Assembly: GCA_965238225.1 (NCBI GenBank)
Contig: OZ250183.1
Span: 256,001 to 320,000 of the forward strand
DNA from: Gammaproteobacteria bacterium
Lineage (GTDB): Bacteria > Pseudomonadota > Gammaproteobacteria > Eutrophobiales > Eutrophobiaceae
Length of the DNA stretch: 64,000 nucleotides
Direction: 5' to 3'
The translations under genes were made by a program, and so were the position numbers. The notes under the pieces were generated by a model. The model was not told the DNA's origin. It ran no database searches and saw only the letters and a program-made list of their open reading frames with translations. Shown here one piece after another: positions 20,488 through 30,377 of the stretch (position 1 is the stretch's first letter; every line of letters begins with the position of its first letter).

Positions 20488-21984
20488 TCAAGCAAGCCGT
20501 TTTCTTTCATTAGAAGGCGGAATTGCCATAACCTCTCTATATTTTGCTACCGTCCTGCGGGCAACATTTACTCCACGTTCCGACAATAATGCTGAAATTT
20601 TACTGTCACTTAAAGGTTTTTTTTGTGTTTCAGCAGCAATTAATTTTTTAATGAGTGCCCGGATCGCTATTGATGATGCCTCTCCACCACTATTTGTGCT
20701 CAAGTGACTTGAAAAAAAATATTTTAGTTCAAATATACCGCGAGGCGTATGTATATATTTATGTGTTGTCGCTCGCGAGATAGTAGACTCATGCATGTCT
20801 AGTGCATGAGCAATATTATGTAAAATCATTGGCTCCATAGCTTCCTCTCCATATTCAAGAAAGGCACGTTGCCGTTCGACGATACATGTTGCGACACGTA
20901 ACAAAGTTTCACCCCTGCTTTGCAAACTTTTGATAAACCACTTAGCTTCTTGTAAGTGAGATTTCAGGGAAGTATTATCTTTGCTCGTATCTGCTCTGCG
21001 TATCATGCTGGCATAGCTATTATTGACTCTTAAATGTGGCATTAATTCTGAGTTAAGCTCGACTCTCCAGCGTCCTTTGATTTTTCTGACATAAACATCT
21101 GGGACAATATATTCTGTGTATACCTTATGTATTTGCCCGCCTGGGCGCGGATGCATTGATTGGATTAAAGCAATTACATCCTGTAGTTTTTCCTGATCTA
21201 GCTTGAGCTGCCTCATCAATTGATTAAAGTCTCTGTTGGCAAGTAAATTAAGATTTTTTGAAACAAGATCAATGGCTGGTATCAGCATTGTGGTGTCTTT
21301 GTCACATTGGCGCAGTTGTAGCAATAGGCACTCCTTGAGATCTCTGGCAGCAATACCAGTGGGCTCCATTCTTTGAATCATATGCAATACAGCCTCTATT
21401 TCATCCAGTTCAATCTCTGATTCTTCGTTTGCTGTATTTTCGCCATCGCTTTCTTTATTTAACAAGCAATGAATCTCGGTGAGATCAGAATTTAAATAAC
21501 CATCATCATCCAACGCGTCGATTATGGTGGTGGCTATGGCTCGGTCAATGTCGCTTATGGGGGTAAGATTTAATTGCCAAAGTAAGTGTTCTCCCAAAGT
21601 TTCTTTATGGCTATTTTGGCTTTCAAGATCGGCAGATTCAGTATTTTCGTAAATTTGGGAGGTGCTCACCCTGTTTTCATATAGACCACTTTCATAGGTA
21701 TCTTCCCAGACACTATCAACAGCCAGTTCATCTGGAATATCTTCCGGTTCTTTTGCAGCGCTTATTTCCTGAGTTGCATCAAGATTATTTTCTTCTAGTT
21801 TTTCTATACCATCATTTTCCATGGAAGTTTCTTCTATTATTTCCAGCATCATGTTGGATTCCAAGGCTTCTTGTATCTCAACTTGCAATTCCATGTTTGA
21901 AAGTTGCAACAAGCGAATTGCCTGCTGCATCTGTGGTGTCATGGAAAGGTTCTGGCTTAATTTTGACTGAATAGAGATTTTCAT
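20488..21984 (-). CDS. rpoN: RNA polymerase sigma-54 factor
   Basis: [21 protein letters not shown], RpoN box ARRTVAKYR. Confidence 0.98.
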   Translation of the reverse strand: MKISIQSKLSQNLSMTPQMQQAIRLLQLSNMELQVEIQEALESNMMLEIIEETSMENDGIEKLEENNLDATQEISAAKEPEDIPDELAVDSVWEDTYESGLYENRVSTSQIYENTESADLESQNSHKETLGEHLLWQLNLTPISDIDRAIATTIIDALDDDGYLNSDLTEIHCLLNKESDGENTANEESEIELDEIEAVLHMIQRMEPTGIAARDLKECLLLQLRQCDKDTTMLIPAIDLVSKNLNLLANRDFNQLMRQLKLDQEKLQDVIALIQSMHPRPGGQIHKVYTEYIVPDVYVRKIKGRWRVELNSELMPHLRVNNSYASMIRRADTSKDNTSLKSHLQEAKWFIKSLQSRGETLLRVATCIVERQRAFLEYGEEAMEPMILHNIAHALDMHESTISRATTHKYIHTPRGIFELKYFFSSHLSTNSGGEASSIAIRALIKKLIAAETQKKPLSDSKISALLSERGVNVARRTVAKYREVMAIPPSNERKRLA

Positions 21985-22085
21985 CGTCTAAGTTTAACCT
22001 AAAAAATTCTTTGTAGTAAAACCTGAACAAATATTGCCCATATAAAAAATGATGAAAGTTTATGTCAGAGAGAAAGCCTAGAGCG

Positions 22086-22811
22086 CTACAAACTAAAATT
22101 ATCCCCTAGATATATATCTTTGACTTGCTTGTTTTCAAGTATTTGATCAGGGACTCCTTTAGCAATGATATGCCCATCATTGATGATATAAACACGATCA
22201 CAATTGGTTAAAGTTTCGCGGACATTATGATCGGTGATAAGGATACCGATATTGTGCTTGCTAAGGTAGCGGGTAATTTTTTGAATATCATTTATGGAGA
22301 TAGGATCGATTCCGGCAAAGGGTTCATCAAGTAAAAGAAAGCGCGGCTCCGTCGTCAATGATCGGGCGATTTCTACACGTCTACACTCGCCTCCAGACAG
22401 GCTTGTACCAAGATTATTGCGCAGATGGGTAATATGAAATTCTCGTAATAGATTTTCAAGTCGTTGTTTCGCTTTATTCTCGTTTAGGTTTGGTCGGGTT
22501 TGTAGAATAGCCATGATATTTTCTTCAACAGTAAGTTTGCGGAAAATGGAGGTTTCCTGCGGCAGATAACCAAGACCCAGATGTGATCGTTCATCCATAG
22601 ACAAGTCATTTATTTCATGTCTATCGATTTGGATAGTGCCATCGTCAGATTGCATAAGACCAATAATCATATGAAAGCTGGTAGTTTTACCTGAACCATT
22701 TGGTCCTAGAAGCCCGACAATTTCACCGCTATGAACAGTCAAGCTTACGTCTTTAACAACCTGTCTGGAGCGATATGATTTACTTAGATGCTTAATCGAC
22801 AGAACACTCAT
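22086..22811 (-). CDS. lptB: LPS export ABC transporter ATP-binding protein
   Basis: GPNGSGKT, YLPQE.SIFR, LSGGE.RR.E, DEPFAG.DP, ITDHNV. Confidence 0.96.
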   Translation of the reverse strand: MSVLSIKHLSKSYRSRQVVKDVSLTVHSGEIVGLLGPNGSGKTTSFHMIIGLMQSDDGTIQIDRHEINDLSMDERSHLGLGYLPQETSIFRKLTVEENIMAILQTRPNLNENKAKQRLENLLREFHITHLRNNLGTSLSGGECRRVEIARSLTTEPRFLLLDEPFAGIDPISINDIQKITRYLSKHNIGILITDHNVRETLTNCDRVYIINDGHIIAKGVPDQILENKQVKDIYLGDNFSL

Positions 22812-23383
22812 AAATTATTATTAGGTTTGAGGATAACTTTTACGCGCCTGTCACTTGAATCATCTTGCTGTTTGGCATTGCCTTTGGCCTTTATTTTTTT
22901 GCGCTGTGTATCATATTCAATTCTGCTACCGCTGAAGCTCAGACCTTCCTGTTTGAAAGAGGCTTTGTCGATTAGAATCACCAAGTTTTTTAGCTTATGG
23001 TATTCTATTCTCAGTGCTTCTGCTTCATCGTAAACCTTGCGTTCGTCTGGAAGTTGTCTATATCGTGCTGGCGTGCCTTGCATAATCAAGGTATACGGAT
23101 CATCATCCTTAAAATAAATAGTCATGATATCGCCTGTTATACGAATACTGCCTTGGACTAATACGACATTGCCACGATAGACGGTCACGCCTTTTCTCTT
23201 GTCAAGATTCGCGCCATCTGCTGTTATTTCTATCAGTTCGTTTTTATCTGTTGATAAGGCCCATGTGCTTGGGCAAAACAACAAGCCTGCACATAGAAAT
23301 ATCATGCTGTGCAACATGATGGGTTGTCCTAATTTTAACCCCCCAAGATTAAATTTTTCAGGGTAGAATTTTTGTATGTACAT
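22808..23383 (-). CDS. lptA: LPS transport periplasmic protein LptA (true start may be downstream)
   Basis: WALSTD...IEI.AD, GNV...QG, G..IEYD; lptCAB order. Confidence 0.9.
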   Translation of the reverse strand: MYIQKFYPEKFNLGGLKLGQPIMLHSMIFLCAGLLFCPSTWALSTDKNELIEITADGANLDKRKGVTVYRGNVVLVQGSIRITGDIMTIYFKDDDPYTLIMQGTPARYRQLPDERKVYDEAEALRIEYHKLKNLVILIDKASFKQEGLSFSGSRIEYDTQRKKIKAKGNAKQQDDSSDRRVKVILKPNNNL

Positions 23384-23918
23384 TAGTCAACAGCTCTATT
23401 CTGTTTTCACCCAGATAAGCATTCATGCCAGTTGATTTTATTATCGTTTTTTTTCCTAAGATGGTCGTTGCTTTATCCGTTTCTATATATTCTTGATCCA
23501 CAAGCACGCGAACATCACTGGTAATAATTCTTAGCTTTCTGGCACCTTCAGCGTCTAACTGTGTTAATGTTGTCTCTCCAATCAGCAGGATAGCTTCATT
23601 ATCTTTGGTAACCCAGCCTTTATCTGCAGTAATTGTTATTGGCGGTTTCTCTGGTTGAAACATTTCTATCTTTGGCTTTATAAGTTCCGTCGTATCGTCA
23701 TCTGGATAATGTGCCATATAATCTGCAAAAAGTTTATTTTTTGGAGAGCCATCCTGATTCATAGTGATTGTTGTTAGATCATGCATGTAGTTATCAGGAT
23801 TCTGCCGTGATACAGATATTTCAGTAGATTCAGGTTTAGACCAGAAGCCGAGCATCCAGATGCTGCTGATGGAAAGCAAACCCAGCACGACGACTATTTT
23901 CCAGAGCAAAGATGTCAT
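23358..23918 (-). CDS. lptC: LPS export protein LptC
   Basis: N-terminal TM plus beta-jellyroll motifs (HYPDD, ETD, GM.A.L); position after kdsC. Confidence 0.88.
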   Translation of the reverse strand: MTSLLWKIVVVLGLLSISSIWMLGFWSKPESTEISVSRQNPDNYMHDLTTITMNQDGSPKNKLFADYMAHYPDDDTTELIKPKIEMFQPEKPPITITADKGWVTKDNEAILLIGETTLTQLDAEGARKLRIITSDVRVLVDQEYIETDKATTILGKKTIIKSTGMNAYLGENRIELLTNVHTKILP

Positions 23919-23957
23919 AGCCTGAATAAGGATGGTGAGGCAAGGATGCCAAGATCT

Positions 23958-24500
23958 TTAGTCATCAAGGAAATGCTGAATTTGTGAATCAAGTATTCCT
24001 TTTGAATGCATAATTAATTCGCAAACTTCTCTGACCGCGCCATGACCACCCCTTTCTTTGGTAACCCAATGCGCATGTTCAATAAGCAGAGGATGTGCGT
24101 TAGCAACTGCTATAGCGAGCCCAACACGACGCATGGCAGGTAAATCAATAAAATCATCACCCACATAGGCCGCTTTTTTTGCATCTATATTTAATTTATC
24201 AAGCAGCTTGTAAAGTGCTTTGCCTTTGTCATGTTCACCCTGATAGACAGATTCAATACCAAGCTCGGCCATGCGTTCAGAGACAATATTTGATGAGCGC
24301 CCTGAGATAACAGCGATATGGCAGCCTGAGTCACGCAACATGACAAGACCCAGCCCATCACGGGCGTTAAAGATTTTATGTTCGTTGCCACTTTCTCCCA
24401 GTATCAAGCTGCCGTCAGTCAGCACACCATCTACATCGCAGATAGCTAATTCTATTTGTTCGGCTCTTTCTAGAATATCTTTATCAATTGTTTCAAACAT
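23958..24500 (-). CDS. kdsC: KDO-8-phosphate phosphatase
   Basis: DVDGVLTDG, YVGDD..D, GG.GAVRE. Confidence 0.95.
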   Translation of the reverse strand: MFETIDKDILERAEQIELAICDVDGVLTDGSLILGESGNEHKIFNARDGLGLVMLRDSGCHIAVISGRSSNIVSERMAELGIESVYQGEHDKGKALYKLLDKLNIDAKKAAYVGDDFIDLPAMRRVGLAIAVANAHPLLIEHAHWVTKERGGHGAVREVCELIMHSKGILDSQIQHFLDD

Positions 24501-24502
24501 AT

Positions 24503-25495
24503 TTAAACGACTTTCGCTCTCAAAAGGTCATGCATGTTTATAAGTCCTATTAATTTGTTTTTTTCATCGGTGACAGGCAGAGCGTTGATGCGGGCATCGT
24601 CCATGATAGCCAGTGCAGTTGCCGCCAGACAATTTTTCTTGATAGTTTTGCAATCTCGTGTCATTACCTCACCAATGATTGCTTTATGGACATCAATGCC
24701 GGTATCAAACGCACGCCTGAGATCTCCGTCAGTAAAGATACCGAGCACGGAGTTTTTCTCATCAACAATGGCAGTTGAGCCAAGACCCGCCTGCGTCATA
24801 ATAAGCAAGGTCTCGCTAAGTAAGGCCGTCTCTGAAACCGCAGGCAACTCTTTGTCGGTATGCATGATGTCGCCCACATGCAATAATAATCGCCGACCCA
24901 ATGTGCCTCCAGGGTGCGCAATGGCGAAATCTTCCGCACCAAATCCGCGCGCCTCAAGCAGGGCAATCGCTAAGGCATCGCCCATGGCAAGCGCTGCTGT
25001 GGTACTGGCGGTTGGTGTCAAGCCAAGCGGGCAAGCTTCTTTTTTTACACTGACATCGATATTAATAGAGGCTTCTTTTGCCAAAGAAGAATCTTTATTT
25101 CCTGTCATTGAAATCAACGGTATGCCAAGGCGTTTAATGACAGGTAATAAAGTTATTATTTCTTCAGTTTCGCCAGAATTAGACAGCGCTATCACAACAT
25201 CATCGCTCTTTATCATGCCTAGATCACCATGATTCGCTTCGCTTGGATGGATAAAAAATGCAGGGGTTCCAGTGCTTGCTAGGGTAGCTGCTATTTTATT
25301 CCCGATATGTCCGGATTTGCCCATGCCGAGCACCACCACTTTGCCCTTGCAGTCGAGGACATAAATACAGGCTTGAACAAAATTTTTATTGATGCGCTGA
25401 TTGAGTTGTTCCAGTGCTTCGGTCTCGGTGACGATCACTGCACGCCCAAGCGCAAGCAGTTTTTCATGTTCTTGGTTTGTGTGTGCTTTGTTCAT
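24503..25495 (-). CDS. kdsD: Arabinose-5-phosphate isomerase (KpsF/GutQ)
   Basis: GMGKSGHIG.K, H.GDLG, EACPL, HPGG.LG, CBS pair. Confidence 0.96.
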   Translation of the reverse strand: MNKAHTNQEHEKLLALGRAVIVTETEALEQLNQRINKNFVQACIYVLDCKGKVVVLGMGKSGHIGNKIAATLASTGTPAFFIHPSEANHGDLGMIKSDDVVIALSNSGETEEIITLLPVIKRLGIPLISMTGNKDSSLAKEASINIDVSVKKEACPLGLTPTASTTAALAMGDALAIALLEARGFGAEDFAIAHPGGTLGRRLLLHVGDIMHTDKELPAVSETALLSETLLIMTQAGLGSTAIVDEKNSVLGIFTDGDLRRAFDTGIDVHKAIIGEVMTRDCKTIKKNCLAATALAIMDDARINALPVTDEKNKLIGLINMHDLLRAKVV

Positions 25496-25504
25496 GATTT
25501 TATT

Positions 25505-26473
25505 TTAACCGCTAAACAGCAAATATTGGTAAATGATAAAGCCAAAAAATAATACGCTGCCTTCTTTGCGATCAAACCTTCCTGAGCCATGAATAAAAAC
25601 CATCCAGCCCATGAGCAAGCTTAAGCCAATCATGACGGGAAAATCTCGCATGAGTATCAGTTGTTCAAAATCCGTGGCGTGGATCATGCCGGGGATGCCA
25701 ATAACCGCAAGCATATTAAACATATTTGAGCCAATCACATTGCCTATAGCGATGTCAGCCTCATTTTTTTTAACTGCGGTAATGGATGTCGCCAACTCAG
25801 GCAAGCTGGTACCAACCGCAATAATTGTGAGACCAATGAGTAAATCACTTAGACCAAAATGTTTAGCAACGGTCACAGCGCACTCTACTAGTAAATTTGC
25901 ACCACCTAACAACAGACTCAAACCTAGTAAAAACAAGAAAATGGGTTTACCGATATTTGATTTTTTTTGCAATTTTTCTGGCAGATCATCTGCAAACTGC
26001 TTTAACAGGGAGTCTGTCGCGCCAGATTTTTTCGAAATGACTATTAAAAGGAGCATTATAACAACGAGCCCAGCTAAAAGGAATGTGGCATCAAGATAAC
26101 TGAGTTTTTGATCCCACATCAAAGCAAATGCCAATAGAATGGCGAAAAACATAATAAAGAATTCACGTTTCAGCGTTTGTGAGCTGATGGTGACTGGCAT
26201 GAGCATAACGGTAAAACCCAGTACTAAGCCAATATTGGCAATATTTGAGCCAATGGCATTACCGATTGCTATCTCGGTTTTGCCTCCCAGCGCAGCCATC
26301 ACCCCGACAAAAATCTCAGGCGCTGAAGTGCCTATGCCGACGATGGTAAGCCCAATCAATAAGGGTGACATGCCCAGTAAGCGGGCAATAGTAGATGCGC
26401 CTTCAATGAAGCGGCCTGCGCCATACACAAGTAGCGTCAAGCCTGCCAATATTCCTAAATAATCTAGTATCAT
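25505..26473 (-). CDS. yrbG: Ca2+/Na+ antiporter (YrbG family)
   Basis: Two GTS.PE / GN..GSN alpha repeats; upstream of kdsD. Confidence 0.9.
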   Translation of the reverse strand: MILDYLGILAGLTLLVYGAGRFIEGASTIARLLGMSPLLIGLTIVGIGTSAPEIFVGVMAALGGKTEIAIGNAIGSNIANIGLVLGFTVMLMPVTISSQTLKREFFIMFFAILLAFALMWDQKLSYLDATFLLAGLVVIMLLLIVISKKSGATDSLLKQFADDLPEKLQKKSNIGKPIFLFLLGLSLLLGGANLLVECAVTVAKHFGLSDLLIGLTIIAVGTSLPELATSITAVKKNEADIAIGNVIGSNMFNMLAVIGIPGMIHATDFEQLILMRDFPVMIGLSLLMGWMVFIHGSGRFDRKEGSVLFFGFIIYQYLLFSG

Positions 26474-26587
26474 CTGTTAAAAATAGTGTTCATTAATTTG
26501 ATTCTATTCTTGGTTTCATTCTGATTTCGGGGGATGATGCCAGAAATAGGCAAGAACTTCGATAAACAGCCATTGTATTTTCATTTC

Positions 26588-27595
26588 ATGACGACACGTT
26601 TACAACAGCTTAATCATTGGTTAAATGAAACCATAAGTACGAAGGATTATCATCTAGAGCCTGCCTCTACTGACGCAAGTTTTCGGCGTTATTTCAGGTT
26701 GAAACATGCTAATGGGACGTTCATCGTCATGGATGCTCCGCCAGAGCAAGAAGACTGCATGTCATTTATTGATGTAGCGCAGCGCCTGCTTGCCGTTGGT
26801 ATTAATGTGCCCAAGATAATAGACAAGGATTTACAGCAGGGATTCTTGTTATTAAGTGACTTGGGAGATAAACAATATTTTGATGTGCTCACAGAAGATA
26901 ATGTTGATGACTTATACCGAGATGCCATTGTTGTACTTTTTAAAATCCAGCAGCAGGCAGACTCAAAGGGCTTGCCCTTTTATAATGAAGATTTGCTTTT
27001 ACAAGAAATGGGGTTGTTTAGGCATTATTTGTTGCAAGAACATATTGGATTGGATTTAACAACAAAGACACAGGCAATGCTTGATAAGGTTTTTGGGCTG
27101 TTGGCAAAAGAAGCGCTTTCTCAACCCAAGGTCTTTGTGCATCGGGACTACCACTCACGTAATTTGATTATTAATAGTGCAGCTTGCAAGCGACTTGGTA
27201 TCTTGGATTTTCAGGATGCCGTTATAGGCCCCTTTACCTATGATCTGGTGTCATTATTAAAGGATTGTTATATAAAATGGCCACGACAAAAAATTCAAAA
27301 CTGGGCAAATGCTTATTTCAAAAAGTTTGCAGATGATTATGCAGATATTGACTCAACAAGGTTTATGCGTTGGTTTGAACTCATGGGTGTGCAGCGACAC
27401 CTTAAGGCCAGCGGTATTTTTGCCCGCCTTTGTCATCGTGATGGCAAAAAAAACTATTTAGCAGATATCCCCAGAACGCTTTCTTATATAGTCGAGCTTG
27501 AAGATGAGTACCCACAATTACAAGATCTTATCGCATTGATTGAAAGTGAGGTAATGACCTCAATTACAGAGGCAAACAAATCATGCATGCTATGA
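26588..27595 (+). CDS. amgK: Anomeric MurNAc/GlcNAc kinase (APH-family phosphotransferase)
   Basis: DASFRRYFR, MDAPP, HRDYHSRNL, DFQDA, QRHLK..GIF.RL; adjacent to murU. Confidence 0.9.
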   Translation: MTTRLQQLNHWLNETISTKDYHLEPASTDASFRRYFRLKHANGTFIVMDAPPEQEDCMSFIDVAQRLLAVGINVPKIIDKDLQQGFLLLSDLGDKQYFDVLTEDNVDDLYRDAIVVLFKIQQQADSKGLPFYNEDLLLQEMGLFRHYLLQEHIGLDLTTKTQAMLDKVFGLLAKEALSQPKVFVHRDYHSRNLIINSAACKRLGILDFQDAVIGPFTYDLVSLLKDCYIKWPRQKIQNWANAYFKKFADDYADIDSTRFMRWFELMGVQRHLKASGIFARLCHRDGKKNYLADIPRTLSYIVELEDEYPQLQDLIALIESEVMTSITEANKSCML

Positions 27596-28269
27596 TCCTT
27601 TCTGCTGGTCACGGAAAACGTATGCAACCACTTACTGACAAAACTCCTAAACCTATGTTAGAAGTAAATGGCAAGCCCTTAATCCAATATCATGTCGAAA
27701 ATCTTGTAGCTGCAGGCATCGTTGATATTGTGATTAACCATGCGCGTTTTGGCGAACAAATAGAGGCTTATTTAGGCAATGGAAAACATCTAGGCGCAGA
27801 CATTGTCTATTCAGTAGAAGGAGAAGAGCCACTGGAAATAGCAGGGGGTATTATTAAGGCATTGCCGCTTTTGGGAAACCAACCTTTTATTACGGTAAAC
27901 GCGGATATTTGGACTGATTTTCCTTTTCAGTATCTCCTGAATATGCGCGACGATAAGCTAGATTATCAATCAAAGCATAGCGCACACCTCATTTTGGTGG
28001 ATAACCCCGAACATAATTTAAAAGGAGATTTCTATTTAGATGACAAAAACGTACTTAACGAAGGCGAGCCTATGCTGACATTTAGCGGCATCAGTGTTTT
28101 TATACCAGAGTTTTTTCGAGATTGTCTTTCAGGTGGTGTACTACTTATACCCCTACTTCGCCTAGCGGTATTAAAAGGGCTGGTGACGGGCAGCCATTAC
28201 CAAGGTTTTTGGCAGGATATAGGCACACCAGAACGTCTGTTTGCCATACGTACGCAGCTAAAAGCTTAA
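27583..28269 (+). CDS. murU: MurNAc alpha-1-phosphate uridylyltransferase
   Basis: AMIL.AG.G.RM.PLT...PKP, LE.AGGI, W.DIGTPERL. Confidence 0.92.
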   Translation: MHAMILSAGHGKRMQPLTDKTPKPMLEVNGKPLIQYHVENLVAAGIVDIVINHARFGEQIEAYLGNGKHLGADIVYSVEGEEPLEIAGGIIKALPLLGNQPFITVNADIWTDFPFQYLLNMRDDKLDYQSKHSAHLILVDNPEHNLKGDFYLDDKNVLNEGEPMLTFSGISVFIPEFFRDCLSGGVLLIPLLRLAVLKGLVTGSHYQGFWQDIGTPERLFAIRTQLKA

Positions 28270-28421
28270 ATTTAAGTGAATATTCATTAGTAAAGCAAAA
28301 AAGATTGTAAAAGAAGACCAAACTACTTTTTTTGAGAAAGTTTGCTTATTTCCTCAGTGTGTTATCATACATAAACAGTATAATAAACAATATCATGCAT
28401 ATATAATAGAAAGGTATTTCT

Positions 28422-30170
28422 ATGCCTGAAAGATGGTTTTGTCAAAAAATAGTAACGAGCATACTATTTTTAACTATCACTTTTGGTAGTGACGCAGGTA
28501 CCTTGAGCCCACAAGAATCAATCATTATCGAACGCAATCAAGATCGCATTTTACAACAACATGAACAGCAGCAAAAAGCGATAGAGCAACAACAAAAACA
28601 ACAACAAAAACCAAGTGGCCTTGCTATAGATAGACCTGAATTACCCCAAAGCACCAGTACCCCTGATGATACTTGTTTTGATATAAGCACCGTAGACTTT
28701 GATGGTGACACTAAATTATCTTCTGCAAATCTTGACAGCCTTCGAAAGCCTTATCTGGATCAATGCCTAACACTCGATGACATTGATAATCTGATTCGTG
28801 ATGTTACTAACTTATATATCGACAAAGGGTATGTTACTACTCGTGCATACTTACCAGAACAAGATATTCAGGATGGAAGTTTGTTGATTAACCTTGTTGA
28901 AGGAACGATAGAAAGCGTTATTCTTCAGGAAGGCACTTATGCTGAGAAGAAAGCACTACAAACAGTTTTCCCGGAACTTGAAGGCAAGATACTCAATATC
29001 AGGGATTTAGAACAGGGATTAGATCAAATGAATCGTCTTCCCTCAAATAATGTAACTCTGGAATTATTACCGGGCAAAGAAGTCGGGACGACATCAGTTC
29101 AGATTAAAAATAAAAATCAAAAATCATTTCGTTTATATGTGGGCATGGATAACTCTGGCTCCCGTTCTACGGGAACAGCTCAACGAAAATTTCGCCTTGG
29201 CAAAGACAATCTGTTTAAAGTGAATGATTCATGGTTATTCAGTATCTCAAATGATAATCTGGATTCAGATATAGCTAAAAGCCGTAATATCGCCGTATCT
29301 TTTTCAGTCCCCTATGGGTATTGGACACTCTCAGCTGCAAGCAATTATTTTGAATACACAAGCTCTGTTGCATCCACGAACACAACTTTCAGCACTTCAG
29401 GGAATAGCTTTGTGAATTCAATAAGCATTAATCGCATTGTACACCGCAACCAACGCAGCAAAACCAGTTTTGATATTGGTGTTACCTCGAGGAAGAATTT
29501 GAATTTTATCCAAGGCAACCGTATCGACGTAGGCTCCAGAAAATTAAGCATTGGCAAACTGGGATTAAATCATAGTCACCAATTATTAGGCGGATTGCTT
29601 ACTCTTAATTTTGTCTATGAACGTGGATTGCGAATCCTTGGTGCATTGGAAGATGTGCCCGCACTCGCCTATGGCGAATCATCTGCGCAGTTTGAAAAAT
29701 ATACAAACTATCTAAGTTATAACCGCCCAATCATCATCAAAAATAAAACAAGGGCTTTGTACAGTGTAATGTTTTCAGGCCAACATAGTGATGATGATCT
29801 TTTTAGTTCTGAACAAATCAGCGTTGGTGGGCAACGCTCTGTGCGTGGCTTTAAAGAAGAAATATTATCAGGAGATACAGGTGGATATATACGCAATCAG
29901 CTTGATATTTATTTACCGCAGGTAAAGACGAGCTACCTACAGCATCTCTTCAGTAATACGAACCTGTATGTTGCTTATGATATAGGCACAATAAAAAAAG
30001 ATGCTGCTGATGTTCGCGAGCGAGGTAGTGTCAGTGGTTGGGGCATCGGTTTGCGTAAATCAAGCGGGGCTTTAACTTGGGAATTAACCTACGCGCAAGC
30101 CCTATCTTCGCCTAGTTTTATTAACACACGATCTTATGAAAGCTTTGTCAATGTGGGTTTAAATTATTAA
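28422..30170 (+). CDS. cdiB: Two-partner secretion transporter (ShlB/FhaC/CdiB family)
   Basis: Signal peptide, POTRA (Y..KGYVTTR, LNIRDLEQGLDQMNRL), DNSG, VRGF loop motif, terminal aromatic residue. Confidence 0.9.
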   Translation: MPERWFCQKIVTSILFLTITFGSDAGTLSPQESIIIERNQDRILQQHEQQQKAIEQQQKQQQKPSGLAIDRPELPQSTSTPDDTCFDISTVDFDGDTKLSSANLDSLRKPYLDQCLTLDDIDNLIRDVTNLYIDKGYVTTRAYLPEQDIQDGSLLINLVEGTIESVILQEGTYAEKKALQTVFPELEGKILNIRDLEQGLDQMNRLPSNNVTLELLPGKEVGTTSVQIKNKNQKSFRLYVGMDNSGSRSTGTAQRKFRLGKDNLFKVNDSWLFSISNDNLDSDIAKSRNIAVSFSVPYGYWTLSAASNYFEYTSSVASTNTTFSTSGNSFVNSISINRIVHRNQRSKTSFDIGVTSRKNLNFIQGNRIDVGSRKLSIGKLGLNHSHQLLGGLLTLNFVYERGLRILGALEDVPALAYGESSAQFEKYTNYLSYNRPIIIKNKTRALYSVMFSGQHSDDDLFSSEQISVGGQRSVRGFKEEILSGDTGGYIRNQLDIYLPQVKTSYLQHLFSNTNLYVAYDIGTIKKDAADVRERGSVSGWGIGLRKSSGALTWELTYAQALSSPSFINTRSYESFVNVGLNY

Positions 30171-30377
30171 AGCCTGATTGCCTGTTAAGCTTAAGAATTG
30201 CCACCAAGTCATATCATAAATACATAATATAAGTATCTGTTTTTAATATATATTCCTTTCATGGTTGAACCTTTTCTGATCGGGTAAGTCCTAATGATGT
30301 AACAAGCCCTAATGCCTCAATATTAGGACAATAATTAAAAAATAACTAACAAAATATAGTTAGGGGAGGCAGAGGTT

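Noticed and set aside
24534-25232. 232-aa plus-strand ORF (and similar shadows over yrbG, nadA, ptsI, cpoB, fmdB-like gene)
   Set aside because: Fully antisense to well-conserved genes, with no recognisable motifs.
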